DNA of 62,395 bases, counting the filler, from Actinomycetota bacterium (GTDB taxonomy: Bacteria > Actinomycetota > CADDZG01 > JAHWKV01 > JAOPZY01): NCBI GenBank assembly GCA_025963875.1. It is 3 parts of 3 records of this genome, joined end to end, with 100 filler letters (N's around TTAATTAATTAA, not from the genome) between each part and the next. Parts side by side here need not be neighbours in the genome. Positions count along the whole stretch, not along the records: positions 1 to 14,430 come from JAOPZY010000002.1; 2 more parts are not named here. One strand, written 5' to 3'. Position 1 is the stretch's first letter. Every line of letters starts with the position of its first letter. The position numbers and the translations under genes were made by a program. Shown in pieces: positions 1 to 9,827 of this stretch. The notes beneath the pieces are model-generated. The model had not been told where the DNA came from, ran no database searches, and saw nothing but the letters and a program-made list of their open reading frames with translations.

Positions 1-2012
1 GCGTAGGGATAGGTCTCGGGGACCTCGCCCCGCTCCCAGGCGGCCGTCCGCTCGAGCGGCTCCACCCCCCGCGTCTCGTCGATGTGGATGACCAGGTCGA
101 ACTGGTCTGCAAGACGTGCCCGGAAGAAATGGCTCTGCCGCTCCGTCTCCGGGCGATAGATGACGCCGATGGCCCGCTCCAGGCGGGCCGAGCGAAGCGC
201 ATCCGCGGCCCGCGGAGCGGTTGCGAACCGCAGCAGGAACTCCTTGTCACCGACCTGGTGGAGGACCTCCTCGACGCTGCCCGGCAGGGCCGGCCGCACC
301 CGCTTGCGCTCTGCTGGACCCCCCCAGTCGTCCGCCGCCGTCACCGTGCCCGTATAGGTGGTGAAGCCGAGGAGGAGGCAGCTGCCGGGATGCCGCTCAC
401 GCACGAGCTGGCCAACGTTGTATTCGCCGAGGCTCGCCATCTCCGTCGCCCGGGCGTCGCCCAGGTGCGAGTTGTGGGCCCAGACCACGATCCTGGCCTG
501 CCTGCCGCGCTGGCGGCTGAGGTGGCCCGAGAGCGCATCGAGGGTGTCGGTCATGTGGCGGTCCCGCAGGTTCCACGACGAGACCCTCCCGCCGAACATG
601 GTTCGGTAATACTCTTCCGCCGCCTTCACCGTCCTGGCATTCTGCTCGGCGTAGAACAGCTCGTCCTCGGCCAGGAGACCGTCTCGCCGCGCGTACGTGA
701 GGGCATTGCGCTGGAGGTCGACGAGCTGCTCGATGGCCTCACGTTCGCACGATTCGCCGGCCCCGAATGCCGCGCCGTAGCCGTACGCCTGCGGGTCCTC
801 ACCAAAGTGGTCGAAGCAGGCGTAGCGGGCACGTGCACGCTTCGCGGCGTCGGGATCCACCCGCTCCAGATAGGAGACGACCTCCTGGATGGAGCGGAAG
901 AGGCTGTACAGATCCAGGCCGTAGAGGCCGGCCTTCGCCCGCTGGTCGCCGGCAACCGCGTCGTTGTGCTCCCGCAGCCACCCGACGAAGTCGAGCACGA
1001 CCGCGTTGCGCCACATCCAGGTGGGGAAGCGTTGGAAGCCGCGCAGGGCCTCCTCTGCGGTGGCATCGGCACTCTGGCCGCGCACGTAGCGGTTCACCCG
1101 GTAGGCGTCGGGCCAGTCCGCCTCCACGGCCACTCCATCGAATCCCTTCTCCTCGATGAGCCTCTGGGTGATCCTGGCGCGCTCCGCATAGAACTCGTGG
1201 GTTCCGTGGGACGCCTCCCCCAGCAACACGAAGGGAGCATCCCCGAGGAAGTCGACCAGGGCGTCGTAGTCCCGGTCCATGCCGCCCAACGCAGCGAGCC
1301 CGGAGCGGATCGCGACCACCTCGCTCGGGCCCTCCCACGCTGCCATGCCGGCCCGCGACACCGAGGCCTCACGAAGAAGCCTGCGGACCTCGTCGTCCGC
1401 GGTCTGCGTGAAGTCCCAGTAGGACCCGCCCACGGCGAAGAAGGGCGACGGGGTGGTCGCGCAGACCACTTCATCCACCTCGGCGGCGAGCTCCCGGCAG
1501 GTGGACTCGGGGGCAGCGGGGACGGCGACCACGATGCGGGCAGGCCCGAGCGTGCGGAGGGCCTGGATCGCCGCGCGCATGCTCGAGCCCGTGGCAAGCC
1601 CGTCGTCGACCAGGATCACGACCTTGCCGGCGATCTCTGGCATGGGCCGGTCGCCGCGGTAGGCGCGTTCGCGTCGGACGAGCTCGCGGGCCTCCTGGTC
1701 GGCGACGCGCCGAAGGGCCTCGGTCGTGATGCCCATATCGCGGACGACGTCGTCGTTCAGCACGACCACCCCGCCACTGGCGATGGCCCCCATGGCAAGC
1801 TCCTCATGGCCGGGGACTCCGAGCTTGCGAACGAGGAAGACGTCGAGTGGCGAGCCGAGGGCGGTGGCGACCTCGTACGCGACCGGGACGCCTCCGCGGG
1901 GCAGCGCCAGGACGAGGACGTCGTCCCGACCCCGGTAGTGCTCCAAGAGGCCGGCAAGGACTCGACCAGCCTCGTGCCGGTCCCGGAACAGGCCGGTGGA
2001 GGAACCGGCCAC
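1..2012 (-). CDS. Phosphoribosyltransferase + erythromycin esterase family fusion protein (Rv2030c-like); stop codon lies just outside the window
   Basis: Translated by hand because the ORF track misses it. GTG at 2012 follows GAGGAG. N-terminus is [13 protein letters not shown]...[16 protein letters not shown] (PRT) and C-terminus is [35 protein letters not shown] (erythromycin esterase). Both ends are in the same frame. Confidence 0.9.
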   Translation of the reverse strand, partial: MAGSSTGLFRDRHEAGRVLAGLLEHYRGRDDVLVLALPRGGVPVAYEVATALGSPLDVFLVRKLGVPGHEELAMGAIASGGVVVLNDDVVRDMGITTEALRRVADQEARELVRRERAYRGDRPMPEIAGKVVILVDDGLATGSSMRAAIQALRTLGPARIVVAVPAAPESTCRELAAEVDEVVCATTPSPFFAVGGSYWDFTQTADDEVRRLLREASVSRAGMAAWEGPSEVVAIRSGLAALGGMDRDYDALVDFLGDAPFVLLGEASHGTHEFYAERARITQRLIEEKGFDGVAVEADWPDAYRVNRYVRGQSADATAEEALRGFQRFPTWMWRNAVVLDFVGWLREHNDAVAGDQRAKAGLYGLDLYSLFRSIQEVVSYLERVDPDAAKRARARYACFDHFGEDPQAYGYGAAFGAGESCEREAIEQLVDLQRNALTYARRDGLLAEDELFYAEQNARTVKAAEEYYRTMFGGRVSSWNLRDRHMTDTLDALSGHLSRQRGRQARIVVWAHNSHLGDARATEMASLGEYNVGQLVRERHPGSCLLLGFTTYTGTVTAADDWGGPAERKRVRPALPGSVEEVLHQVGDKEFLLRFATAPRAADALRSARLERAIGVIYRPETERQSHFFRARLADQFDLVIHIDETRGVEPLERTAAWERGEVPETYPY

Positions 2013-2232
2013 TACCGGCTCCTCTGGGGAGGCGAACAGCCTGCGGACGGTGTCATTGCCATTCCCTTCGTGCGCCGGGCGGGCCACGATTTACCGGGGC
2101 GGGCGCCTCAGCCGCCCCGGCCGCCCGCACGACGAGCCTCGCGCCACCTCCGTGCGTCCGCATCCCCGAATCGCGTGGTCTTCGTGCGACGCCGACGTGG
2201 AGGTGGGAGCCGGCTCCCCTGCCCGTTGCTGC

Positions 2233-3102
2233 TCAGGCGTGGGGGGCAGACTGGGCATCTCCGTGGGCCCTCGAGGCCTGTCGCCCAGTGGCCTCCTGCG
2301 ACGGGTCGTCGGCGTCATAGCCGACGTCCCGGAGGGCCGACATCACCCGTTGAGCCTCCGCGCCGGACGGGGATTCATGGCCCGTGAAGACAAGCGCAGG
2401 GCCGATCACCTCGAGAAACCAGGGCGCAAGCCCATAGATCGTCTCCTCGCCCCGTGGGCCGCGTCGTTGGAGTGGGACAACAAGATCCTGGTCGCGGAGT
2501 TCATCGACAGCGACCGCCAGGTCGGGATCCCGCCGCAATTGTTGATACTGGGTGCGGGTGAGATGGTGCCCTCCCTCGAGGGCTCGCAGGAGCTCGATCG
2601 AAAGCGGGGACAGCGACTCGATGGCTTCCACCGCGGCGTTGAACGCCCAGCTCCTCGGTGCCGAGTGCCGCTCGGCGCCACCCTTGCGGTCCGTCGCGCG
2701 TCGCACGCGCTCACCAACCTCTCGAGCGAGCTTCTCCACCCCGGTGCCGGGCGCGATCTCGTTGGCGTCCTCGCGAAACTCTGCGATCAGGCCCGCCAGC
2801 AGGCCCTGGAGGTCGCCGTCGGCTTGGGCGCTCTGTGCGCCCATCGTGCCCAGCATCCGCTCCCACGCGACCTTGATCAGGCCGCCCGTGTCCTCGGAGA
2901 GACGCTGCACGGTGGATTGGATGGTCTGTAGCGAGCGGATGGTTTGATTGTTGATCTCGATGGAACGGCGATCGACGTCGCGGGCGAAGAAAATGGCGAC
3001 CAACGACAACACAACGCTGACCACCGCGCTCAGCAAGCCGGCCCAGAGGCCTACCGTCTCCAGTTGGGTCAGCGCCAAGGGCGGTGCGGCAGACAGAATC
3101 AT
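2233..3102 (-). CDS. Hypothetical membrane-anchored protein (N-terminal TM helix, coiled coil, possible winged-helix C-terminus)
   Basis: 289-aa ORF with protein-like composition and a hydrophobic segment VGLWAGLLSAVVSVVLSLVAIFF; 12 nt downstream of a same-strand gene. Confidence 0.65.
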   Translation of the reverse strand: MILSAAPPLALTQLETVGLWAGLLSAVVSVVLSLVAIFFARDVDRRSIEINNQTIRSLQTIQSTVQRLSEDTGGLIKVAWERMLGTMGAQSAQADGDLQGLLAGLIAEFREDANEIAPGTGVEKLAREVGERVRRATDRKGGAERHSAPRSWAFNAAVEAIESLSPLSIELLRALEGGHHLTRTQYQQLRRDPDLAVAVDELRDQDLVVPLQRRGPRGEETIYGLAPWFLEVIGPALVFTGHESPSGAEAQRVMSALRDVGYDADDPSQEATGRQASRAHGDAQSAPHA

Positions 3103-3114
3103 GCTCGTTGTTGA

Positions 3115-3495
3115 TCAGGAGGCCGCCAGCGAGCTTCCCTCACGGGTCATCAACGCATCGAGCATGCCATGCAGGTGGGCGGTCGCAAGCTCGATGTCAG
3201 AGTATTTGCGTTGGCCGGCCCGTGACTCCGCAGCGAGCACGGCGCAGCGGTGCACCTTCGCGAAATCACCATAGGGAAACTTGTAGCGCGCCTTTGTGTC
3301 CTCGTTTTCTTCGTCGTCCACGCCGAGATGCCAGCGCGCATATGCGGCGAATCCGTGCTCCTCGATGTACCGGTTCTCCTGTTCTGTCGACGGTTGATGC
3401 TGGCTCCATGCATCTCTCTCGTCGACAACGAATTCTCCCTCCTTGACCAGCGCCTTCGCGTGATCAAAGGATGTCCGGTTCAGCCGTACGGCCAT
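3115..3495 (-). CDS. Conserved hypothetical protein (about 126 aa)
   Basis: GGAGGTGGAG RBS before ATG; globular composition (YARWHLGVDDEENEDTKARYKFPYGDF). Confidence 0.75.
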   Translation of the reverse strand: MAVRLNRTSFDHAKALVKEGEFVVDERDAWSQHQPSTEQENRYIEEHGFAAYARWHLGVDDEENEDTKARYKFPYGDFAKVHRCAVLAAESRAGQRKYSDIELATAHLHGMLDALMTREGSSLAAS

Positions 3496-3652
3496 TGACT
3501 CCACCTCCTGTCGCTGGAGTAGCAGGGACAGGTCACACCAACCGCCCCTCGTTGACGGGCGAGCCGAGTGTCACCAGGGCCACTTTGCGCCCTCGGCGCC
3601 CTCGTCGGATCACGAAGGCGCGTAGTTCTTTGCGTGGCTGGGGTCGGGCAGA

Positions 3653-4120
3653 TCAGCCCAGATCCATGCTCGGAGGCGCTTTGTGGCCGTTCTTCCGCCA
3701 CACCTCGGGCCAGGCCGCGCGGCCGGCGCCGTCGATCAGTCGGACGCGACGCCGCTCCGTCTCCACCGTGGCAACCGGCTCGAGAGGGGCGCCTCGTGTC
3801 ATGGCCCTCACCAAGCCGACCGCTTCCGGCGGCAGGGCGTTGCGCGCCCCGGGCCAGCTGAATTCCTCCCGGGCCAGGGCTACCCCGCCGGCCACTCCGG
3901 AAGCTTCAGGGTCCAACCTTCCTCGCTGTCGTCCCCGTCGGTCTCCTTGCGATGCCGCAGGGTCACCCGATTCCTGGCCAGGCGGAGGTCAAGCGGTGTC
4001 GAAGTACACCGCTTTCTGCCGGAGGGTCGGCGGCGTCGTGGCGGTGATTCCCTTGGCGACGCCGGTGAGGTCCGGCAGACGAAACGACGGGCCCGCCGCC
4101 AGCATGATCTCAGTCTCCAT
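3653..4120 (-). pseudogene. Degraded CYTH(-CHAD) domain gene, frameshifted and truncated
   Basis: RBS GGAGG then METEIMLAAGPSFRLPDL. VYFDTA ends in a stop; DLRLARNRVTLRHR...GWTLKLP continues in a shifted frame and AREEFSWPG...LVRAMTRGAPLEPVATVETERRRVRL in another. Confidence 0.7.
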
Positions 4121-4363
4121 GCCGAACCTCCGCCTACCACCTCACCACGGTCTACCCGCCCGCGGCTGCCGACAACCGAGTCGGCGCCCCCAGCTGCGCC
4201 GGTATCGTCGGCAAGGCGCCCCGGGAAGACCACGGGATCACGTGATGGCGTGGGTTCGGGCGGGGTGCATGGTGGCATTGACGCGGTGCTGGGATTGCGC
4301 CGGATCGTCGGGAGTTGGTTGCGCCGGGGCGGGCCCGGGCGCCGGGACTAGGGAGCATGCCCC

Positions 4364-5053
4364 ATGCCAGTGATCGAGGACAGCCTCCCGATCCCCGTCG
4401 CGGGGGTCGTCTTGGCGGCCGACGTCGTCGTGCCGGAGTCGCCGCAGGGGGTCGTCCTGTTCGCGCACGGCAGCGGGAGCAGCCGCCACAGCCCCCGGAA
4501 CCGCTACGTGGCCAGTGAGCTGCAGCGGGCCGGTCTGGCCACGGTCCTCGCCGACCTGCTCATCGAACGTGAGGAACGGCTCGATGCCCGAACCGGTGAG
4601 CTGCGGTTCGACATCGGCCTGCTTGCCAGGCGGCTCACGGCCTTGACCGATTGGGTGGCGGGGCACGAGCCCACCGCAGGGCTCGCCGTCGGGTTGTTCG
4701 GGGCCAGCACCGGGGCGGCGGCGGCGCTGATCGCCGCGGCCCAGCGGCCTGCCGACGTGGCGGCGGTCGTGTCGCGCGGCGGTCGACCGGACCTCGCTGG
4801 CGAGTTCCTCCAAGCGGTCCGCCAGCCCACCTTGCTGATCGTGGGGGAGCGCGACGAGATCGTCATCGACCTCAACCGGCGGGCCATGACGCAGCTTGGC
4901 GGCGAGGCGCGCCTCGAGATAGTCCCCGGAGCGTCGCACCTGTTCGAGGAGCCTGGAGCCTTGGAGCTGGTCGCCCGCCTCGCCCGGGACTGGTTCGTCA
5001 CCTACCTGCGGCGCATGCAACCCGGCAGCGAGCACCCGGAAGCCGAGACATGA
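4364..5053 (+). CDS. Dienelactone hydrolase family alpha/beta hydrolase
   Basis: VLFAHGSGSSRHSPRN, GLFGASTGAAAAL, VSRGGRPDLA, PGASHLFEEPG. Confidence 0.9.
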   Translation: MPVIEDSLPIPVAGVVLAADVVVPESPQGVVLFAHGSGSSRHSPRNRYVASELQRAGLATVLADLLIEREERLDARTGELRFDIGLLARRLTALTDWVAGHEPTAGLAVGLFGASTGAAAALIAAAQRPADVAAVVSRGGRPDLAGEFLQAVRQPTLLIVGERDEIVIDLNRRAMTQLGGEARLEIVPGASHLFEEPGALELVARLARDWFVTYLRRMQPGSEHPEAET

Positions 5054-5140
5054 GAGCCTGCACCCGAGCCCGGGCGCCCCGCTGCACTCGTCTCAGCGGC
5101 GGGGGGCTGGCCCGGCCGCGTGCGACAGGAGAGTGGCCGT

Positions 5141-5262
5141 ATGCGTCATGCGCTGCTCGGTCCGCCGGGCTCGGGGAAGAGCACCCCCAGGGCGGCGTCC
5201 TGGCCCGCCTTTTCGATGTGCCCCTAAGCTCGACCGGGGAGCTGCTGCGGGCCCGGGCAGCG
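5141..5262 (+). pseudogene. adk: Adenylate kinase N-terminal fragment, frameshifted
   Basis: ATG 5141 gives MRHALLGPPGSGKST (P-loop), then after a frameshift QGGVLARLFDVPLSSTGELLRARAA, matching the Adk pattern GPPGAGKGTQ...HISTGDLLR. Confidence 0.65.
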
Positions 5263-5465
5263 GGGCGGCGCTTCGCCTCACGACCCGGCCCTACCGGGCC
5301 ATGTGGCTCTCCGCGGCCCTGTCGGTAGCCGCCATGTGGCTGGGCCTCACCCTCAGCTACGCCTACCCGAAGCTGCCCCCGAGCTTGGCCGTCATCGCCG
5401 CCGCTTCGGCGGTCTACCTCGCGGCGACCCTCCGGGCTCAGGCGGCGGCTCGGACGGTGATGTAG
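5263..5465 (+). pseudogene. C-terminal fragment of a metal (Zn/Mn) ABC transporter permease
   Basis: AALRLTTRPYRAMWLSAALSVAAMWLGLTLSYAYPKLPPSLAVIAAASAVYL resembles the last helices of ZnuB/MntB permeases; no N-terminus. Confidence 0.6.
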
Positions 5466-6091
5466 TTCTTCACGGAGGTGACGCCCGGGGCGGCCCAGGC
5501 GGCCCGCTCGGCCTCCTGGCGCTCCGCCCACGACCGCACCGTCCCGCGGAGGATGATCTCGCTGCCGTTGACCTCGACGGAGACGTTCTCGGCGTCCAGG
5601 TCCGCCATGCGCTTGAAGGCCTTCTCGATCTCCCCCTTGACGTTGCTGGGTTCGACCTTGGGCTTGACCTGGATCAGGTTGATCACACCCTTGACGCCAG
5701 GGATGTACCGGACGGCCCGCTCCGCAACCCGGCGCTGGAAGTCGTAGTTCACCTCGCCCGTGAGCGTGATGTAGCCGTTCTCGACCTTCGGCAGTACCTT
5801 GCCCTGGGGGACCATGAGGTTCCAGCGCAGTGCATCCGCAGCCTCGCGGGCGATGTCCTCGTCGGTGTACTCGCCAACGATCTTGACGTCGATCTTGTTG
5901 ACGATGCCGCGGACCCCCTCCACCCGCTCGGCGGCCCGCTCGGCGTTCCATTTCTCGGCGAAGGACGGCACCTCACCGGTCAGCGTCACGATGCCGTCCT
6001 CGACGGCCACGCCGATCTTGCGGGCGTCGACGCTCGGCTCCCACTCGAGCTCCTCCACGACGTCCTTGCGCAGCTCCTGGTCCGATTTCAC
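5438..6091 (-). CDS. BON domain protein (three BON domains, OsmY-like)
   Basis: GTG 6091 after GGGAGG; KSDQELRKDVVEELEWEPSVDARKIGVAVEDGIVTLTGEV...AERAAWAAPGVTSVKN. Confidence 0.92.
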   Translation of the reverse strand: MKSDQELRKDVVEELEWEPSVDARKIGVAVEDGIVTLTGEVPSFAEKWNAERAAERVEGVRGIVNKIDVKIVGEYTDEDIAREAADALRWNLMVPQGKVLPKVENGYITLTGEVNYDFQRRVAERAVRYIPGVKGVINLIQVKPKVEPSNVKGEIEKAFKRMADLDAENVSVEVNGSEIILRGTVRSWAERQEAERAAWAAPGVTSVKNYITVRAAA

Positions 6092-6224
6092 CCTGAACCT
6101 CCCTTTCACATGGATAGCTATGTCTTCGCGGTGCTGCCACACCGCACCCTCGCGCCCGGCTCGCCGGGGCACATCCCGAGGTCGCGTGGTCCGGGCGCGG
6201 GGTTTGGCAACCTTGCCTCGCGCG

Positions 6225-6809
6225 TTACGCCTCCCGCTGGGGCACCGCCTGGATCTCCGCCGTCACCTTGACCTGCTGGCCGACCAGGACGCCGCCGGTC
6301 TCGAGAGCCTGGTTCCAGTTCAGACCGAACTCGGTGCGGTCGATCTCCGCCTCGGCGCTCAGGACGACCCGCTGGTTGCCCCAGGGATCGGTGGTGAGTC
6401 CCTGGTACTCGCAGGCCACCAGGACCTCCCGAGTGACGCCATGCAACGTGAGGTCACCGCTGACGTCGAAGCGGCAACGGTCCTTGCGGCGCATGCCGGT
6501 CGAGTGGAACTCGATCTTGGGGTACCTCTCGACGTCGAGGAAGTCGGCCGACCGCAGGTGCTCGTCGCGGGTCGCATCACCGGTGTTGATGCTGGCGGCC
6601 TCGATGGTCACGTCGGCCGTCGAGGTCTCTGGGTCCTCCTCGACGTGGATGGTTCCCGAGAAGGAGCCGAACGTCCCCCGTACCTTCGCGATCATGAGGT
6701 GCCGGACGACGACCTCGATGGATGAATGGGCCGGGTCGAAGACGAGCGTCGTGCCCGCTGCCGGGACGGGCACCCCGTCGACGGTCCGGACGGCCGTGTC
6801 AACTAGCAT
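6225..6809 (-). CDS. YceI family polyisoprenoid-binding protein
   Basis: DPAHSSIEVVVRHLMIAKVRGTF, RDEHLRSADFLDVERYP, DPWGNQR, IDRTEFGLNWNQALETGGVLVG; RBS GAAAGGGGG. Confidence 0.92.
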   Translation of the reverse strand: MLVDTAVRTVDGVPVPAAGTTLVFDPAHSSIEVVVRHLMIAKVRGTFGSFSGTIHVEEDPETSTADVTIEAASINTGDATRDEHLRSADFLDVERYPKIEFHSTGMRRKDRCRFDVSGDLTLHGVTREVLVACEYQGLTTDPWGNQRVVLSAEAEIDRTEFGLNWNQALETGGVLVGQQVKVTAEIQAVPQREA

Positions 6810-6842
6810 GTGTTGCCCCCTTTCTCGTTGGATCTGGTTCAC

Positions 6843-8164
6843 CGAAAGTTCCCCGAGGAAGCTGCCTGATTTATCTGGCAGAGGAATCGGGGTTCGCCCG
6901 CCAGGGCGAGGGAAGTTGGAGTTTCTTCGCGCCATGCCAAAAGTGGCCTCTTGTTGTTAGTACCCTTCGGCATACTTGGCCCATGACCCAGACCCTGGTC
7001 GCCCAGATCCAGGTCCTCCCAACTCCCGGGCAGGCACCCCTCTTGGAGGCGACCCTGCGCCGGGCCAACGCTGCCGCCGGAGTGCTGAGCGGCGTGGCGT
7101 GGGAGCGCCGGAGCTTCGGACGGCGGGCTCTCCAGAAAGCCGCCTACCACCAGGTGCGGGAGTCCTCGGGCCTGTCGGCACAGGTGGTGATCCGCCTCAT
7201 CGCCAAGGTTGCGGACGCCTACCGCCTGGACAAGAAGGTGAGGCGGGAGTTCGCCCCGTTGGGAGCCATCGCCTACGACGCCCGGATCCTGCGGTACTTC
7301 CCCGACGTCTCGACGGTGAGCATCTGGACCATTGCCGGTCGCCAGCAAATCCCGTTCGTCTGCGGGGCAAAGCAACGCAAGATGCTGGCATGGCAGCGGG
7401 GCGAGTCTGACCTCGTCTACCGTGACGGCAACTGGTTCCTCCACGCTACGGTCCATGTGCCAAAGGGCGAGCCGAACGGAGCCACCGACGTGCTCGGTGT
7501 CGACCTCGGCATCGTCAACATCGCCTACGACTCCGACGGCAAGCGGTACTCGGGAGCCCGCCTCAACTCGATCCGCCACCGCCACCGCCGCCTCCGTGGG
7601 AAGCTCCAGAAGAAGGGGACCAAGAGCTCCAGGCGTTTGCTGAAAAAGCGGAGAAGGAAGGAATCCCGCTTCGCCAGGGACGTGAACCACTGCATCTCCA
7701 AGAAGATCGTGGCAAAGGCCCAATGCACCGGACGCGGGATCGCCCTCGAAGACCTGGAGGGGATCGGCGGCCGGGTAAAGGCTAGGAAGCCTCAGCGTGC
7801 CACGCTCAAGTCCTGGAGCTTCCACCAGCTCGGGTCGTTCGTCGAGTACAAGGCCGCCCTGGTGGGGGTGCCCATCGTCTTCGTGGACCCGGCTTACACC
7901 TCGCAGGAGTGCCCTGCGTGCGGTCATACCTGCCGGGCCAACCGGACCCGTCAGTCGAGATTCACGTGCGTGTCGTGCGGGCTCGCTGGCCCGGCCGACG
8001 CCATCGCGGCCCTGAACATCCGTGCTCGGGGCCGGGTCACCGTCATGCGGCCAGACGCAGGAGAACCAGGCGGGCTTGGCGATGAGGCTACCCACAGGGC
8101 GGCTGCGACCGTTCCGCCTGCCGGGGACCTTGCAAGCTGCCTGCTTTAGCTGGCAGTTCATGAC
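6843..8164 (+). mobile_element. Non-autonomous IS200/IS605-family (IS1341-type, tnpB only) element
   Basis: Near-identical subterminal hairpins AAGCTGCCTGATTTATCTGGCAG (6859-6881) and AAGCTGCCTGCTTTAGCTGGCAG (8134-8156); preceded by TCAC and ending in TGAC; contains tnpB but no tnpA. Confidence 0.85.
6983..8149 (+). CDS. tnpB: TnpB RNA-guided endonuclease (388 aa)
   Basis: RuvC-I GVDLG, RuvC-II IALEDL, zinc finger CPAC...CVSC, Ruv[19 protein letters not shown] and [10 protein letters not shown] motifs; CATACT-N6-ATG suggests a leaderless start. Confidence 0.95.
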   Translation: MTQTLVAQIQVLPTPGQAPLLEATLRRANAAAGVLSGVAWERRSFGRRALQKAAYHQVRESSGLSAQVVIRLIAKVADAYRLDKKVRREFAPLGAIAYDARILRYFPDVSTVSIWTIAGRQQIPFVCGAKQRKMLAWQRGESDLVYRDGNWFLHATVHVPKGEPNGATDVLGVDLGIVNIAYDSDGKRYSGARLNSIRHRHRRLRGKLQKKGTKSSRRLLKKRRRKESRFARDVNHCISKKIVAKAQCTGRGIALEDLEGIGGRVKARKPQRATLKSWSFHQLGSFVEYKAALVGVPIVFVDPAYTSQECPACGHTCRANRTRQSRFTCVSCGLAGPADAIAALNIRARGRVTVMRPDAGEPGGLGDEATHRAAATVPPAGDLASCLL

Positions 8165-8184
8165 CATCCGGCACGGCCCGCACC
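8030..8184 (+). ncRNA. Predicted TnpB omega/reRNA: scaffold overlaps the tnpB 3' end and right end; guide about 8165-8184 (CATCCGGCACGGCCCGCACC); 5' boundary approximate
   Basis: Established IS605 architecture plus the observed right-end hairpin and TGAC end; expression not shown. Confidence 0.6.
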
Positions 8185-8401
8185 AGGGTGCCCACAGGTC
8201 GAGCAGAACGGGCATCGTCGCGGCTTCGACGACGGCTGCGAAGGTCTCGTCGTCGGCCTCCGCGATCCACGGGAGCGGGGCCCCGCACTTGCCGCACTTC
8301 GGCGCGCCTGGGGCGGCGAAGGGCACGCGGTTCTTCGTCCCGCAGCGTTCGCAGCGCACGATGGTCGCCTGCCCTGCACCGGTCCCGGGCATCGCCGTCA
8401 C
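8165..8401 (-). pseudogene. trxC: Zinc-ribbon thioredoxin (TrxC-type) N-terminal half, cut by the IS just after the active site
   Basis: [11 protein letters not shown]...[18 protein letters not shown], then IS sequence; the C-terminal half is not present on the other side of the IS. Confidence 0.88.
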
Positions 8402-8423
8402 CTCCTCTCCCGCTCGAGGCGTC

Positions 8424-9008
8424 CTACGCCCCGCTCGGAGCGCCCAAGAAGCCTGGCAAGGTTTGCGAGTGCAGCTTGCGCAACCGCCAGGCCCGGGCAG
8501 CCAACACGCCCGAGACGAAGAGCGCGTACCAGCCGATGGCCCAGGTGATCGCCAGGGCGCCGGCCACGGGAGCGAAGACGAGCAGGCCGGCGAGCAGGAT
8601 CGACAGCACCCCGCTCAGCACCAGGAACCACTCGTGGCGGACCTCCTTGCGCAAGGAGATGGCGGCGGCGATCTCGAAGACGCCGGTCACGACCGCCCAG
8701 GCGGCGATCACGTAGAGCAGCGCAAGCGCCGTGATGGCCGGCCAGAAGAATGTGACAAGTCCGGCGCCGGCGCCGGCGAGGCCCATCACGCCCAGCCAGA
8801 CCGCGTGCCATCCCAGGGCCCGCCCGACAGTGAAGGCGGCGACGAGCGCGAGGACCCCGTCGATGAGGGCGTAGGCTCCGAACAGGATCAGGAGCGCCCC
8901 GAGCGTGATGCCGGGCATCAGCAACGTGAGCGCCCCAAAGACAAATGCTGCGAGAGCTCTGACGGCCGTCCACCGCCAGTCCGTCGTAATTACCTGAACC
9001 CTGATCAT
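8424..9008 (-). CDS. HdeD/DUF308 family membrane protein
   Basis: Six hydrophobic segments, [48 protein letters not shown]. Confidence 0.88.
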   Translation of the reverse strand: MIRVQVITTDWRWTAVRALAAFVFGALTLLMPGITLGALLILFGAYALIDGVLALVAAFTVGRALGWHAVWLGVMGLAGAGAGLVTFFWPAITALALLYVIAAWAVVTGVFEIAAAISLRKEVRHEWFLVLSGVLSILLAGLLVFAPVAGALAITWAIGWYALFVSGVLAARAWRLRKLHSQTLPGFLGAPSGA

Positions 9009-9039
9009 CGACGACCTCCCATCTGTCGTGCCTGACGTG

Positions 9040-9827
9040 TCATGCAGCAGCTGTTGACTCCTCTTCCTTGTTGGCGTAGGTCACCGCCAGCTCGCCGTCG
9101 GCCAGGTCGATCCGGATGACCGCGCCGTCGTGGACATCGCCACCGATCAGGGCACGGCCGATCCTGGTCTCGACCTCCCGGGAGATGAAGCGCCGCAGCG
9201 GGCGGGCTCCGTAGACAGGGTCGTAGCCCTGCTGGGCGATGTACGGGCGGGCCGGCTCGGTCACCTCGAGGGTGATGCGCCGGTCCGCCAACCTCGCCCG
9301 GAGGTCGTCGAGCATCAGCTCGACGATGCGTTCGATCTCCGGAAGGGTCAGGGCCTAGAAGAGCACGATTTCGTCGATGCGGTTCAGGAACTCCCGGCCG
9401 GAAGTACCGGCGCAGCTCACCCATCGCGCGGTCCCGGGCCTCAGGCTTCAGCTCCCCGCTCGGTGTGACGCCCTCGATGAGGTACTCCAAGCCGACGTTG
9501 GACGTCATGATGATCACGGTGTTGCGGAAGTCGACGGTCCTGCCCTGGGCGTCGGTGAGCCGCCCGTCGTCGAGCACCTGCAGCAACGTGTTGAAGACGT
9601 CCGGGTGCGCCTTCTCCACCTCGTCGAAGAGCACGACGGAGTAGGGCTTGCGGCGCACGGCCTCGGTGAGCTGGCCGCCCTCCTCGTAGCCGATGTAGCC
9701 GGGCGGGGCTCCCATGAGCCGGCTCACCGTGTGGCGTTCCTGGTACTCGCTCATGTCGATGCGGACGATGGCCTCCTCAGTGTCGAAGAGCGCCGCCGCC
9801 AGCGTCTTGGCCAGCTCGGTCTTGCCG
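9040..9827 (-). pseudogene. clpB: ClpB C-terminal (second AAA+ domain) fragment with a frameshift and an in-frame stop
   Basis: [65 protein letters not shown]; frameshift near 9395; TAG at 9355-9357; [13 protein letters not shown]. Confidence 0.9.

Noticed and set aside
84..2387. 767-aa plus-strand ORF
   Set aside because: Antisense shadow of the minus-strand PRT-erythromycin esterase gene; no motifs of its own
3570..4360. DosR-like boxes in the island
   Set aside because: Only weak partial matches that cannot be told from chance in GC-rich DNA
6843..8164. IStron, Cas12f/CRISPR, or nuclease-dead TldR interpretation
   Set aside because: No group I intron core or room for one, no repeat-spacer array, and the RuvC D-E-D residues are intact
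6839..8401. 520-aa thioredoxin-like ORF
   Set aside because: Only the first 79 aa are thioredoxin; the rest is read-through antisense to tnpB
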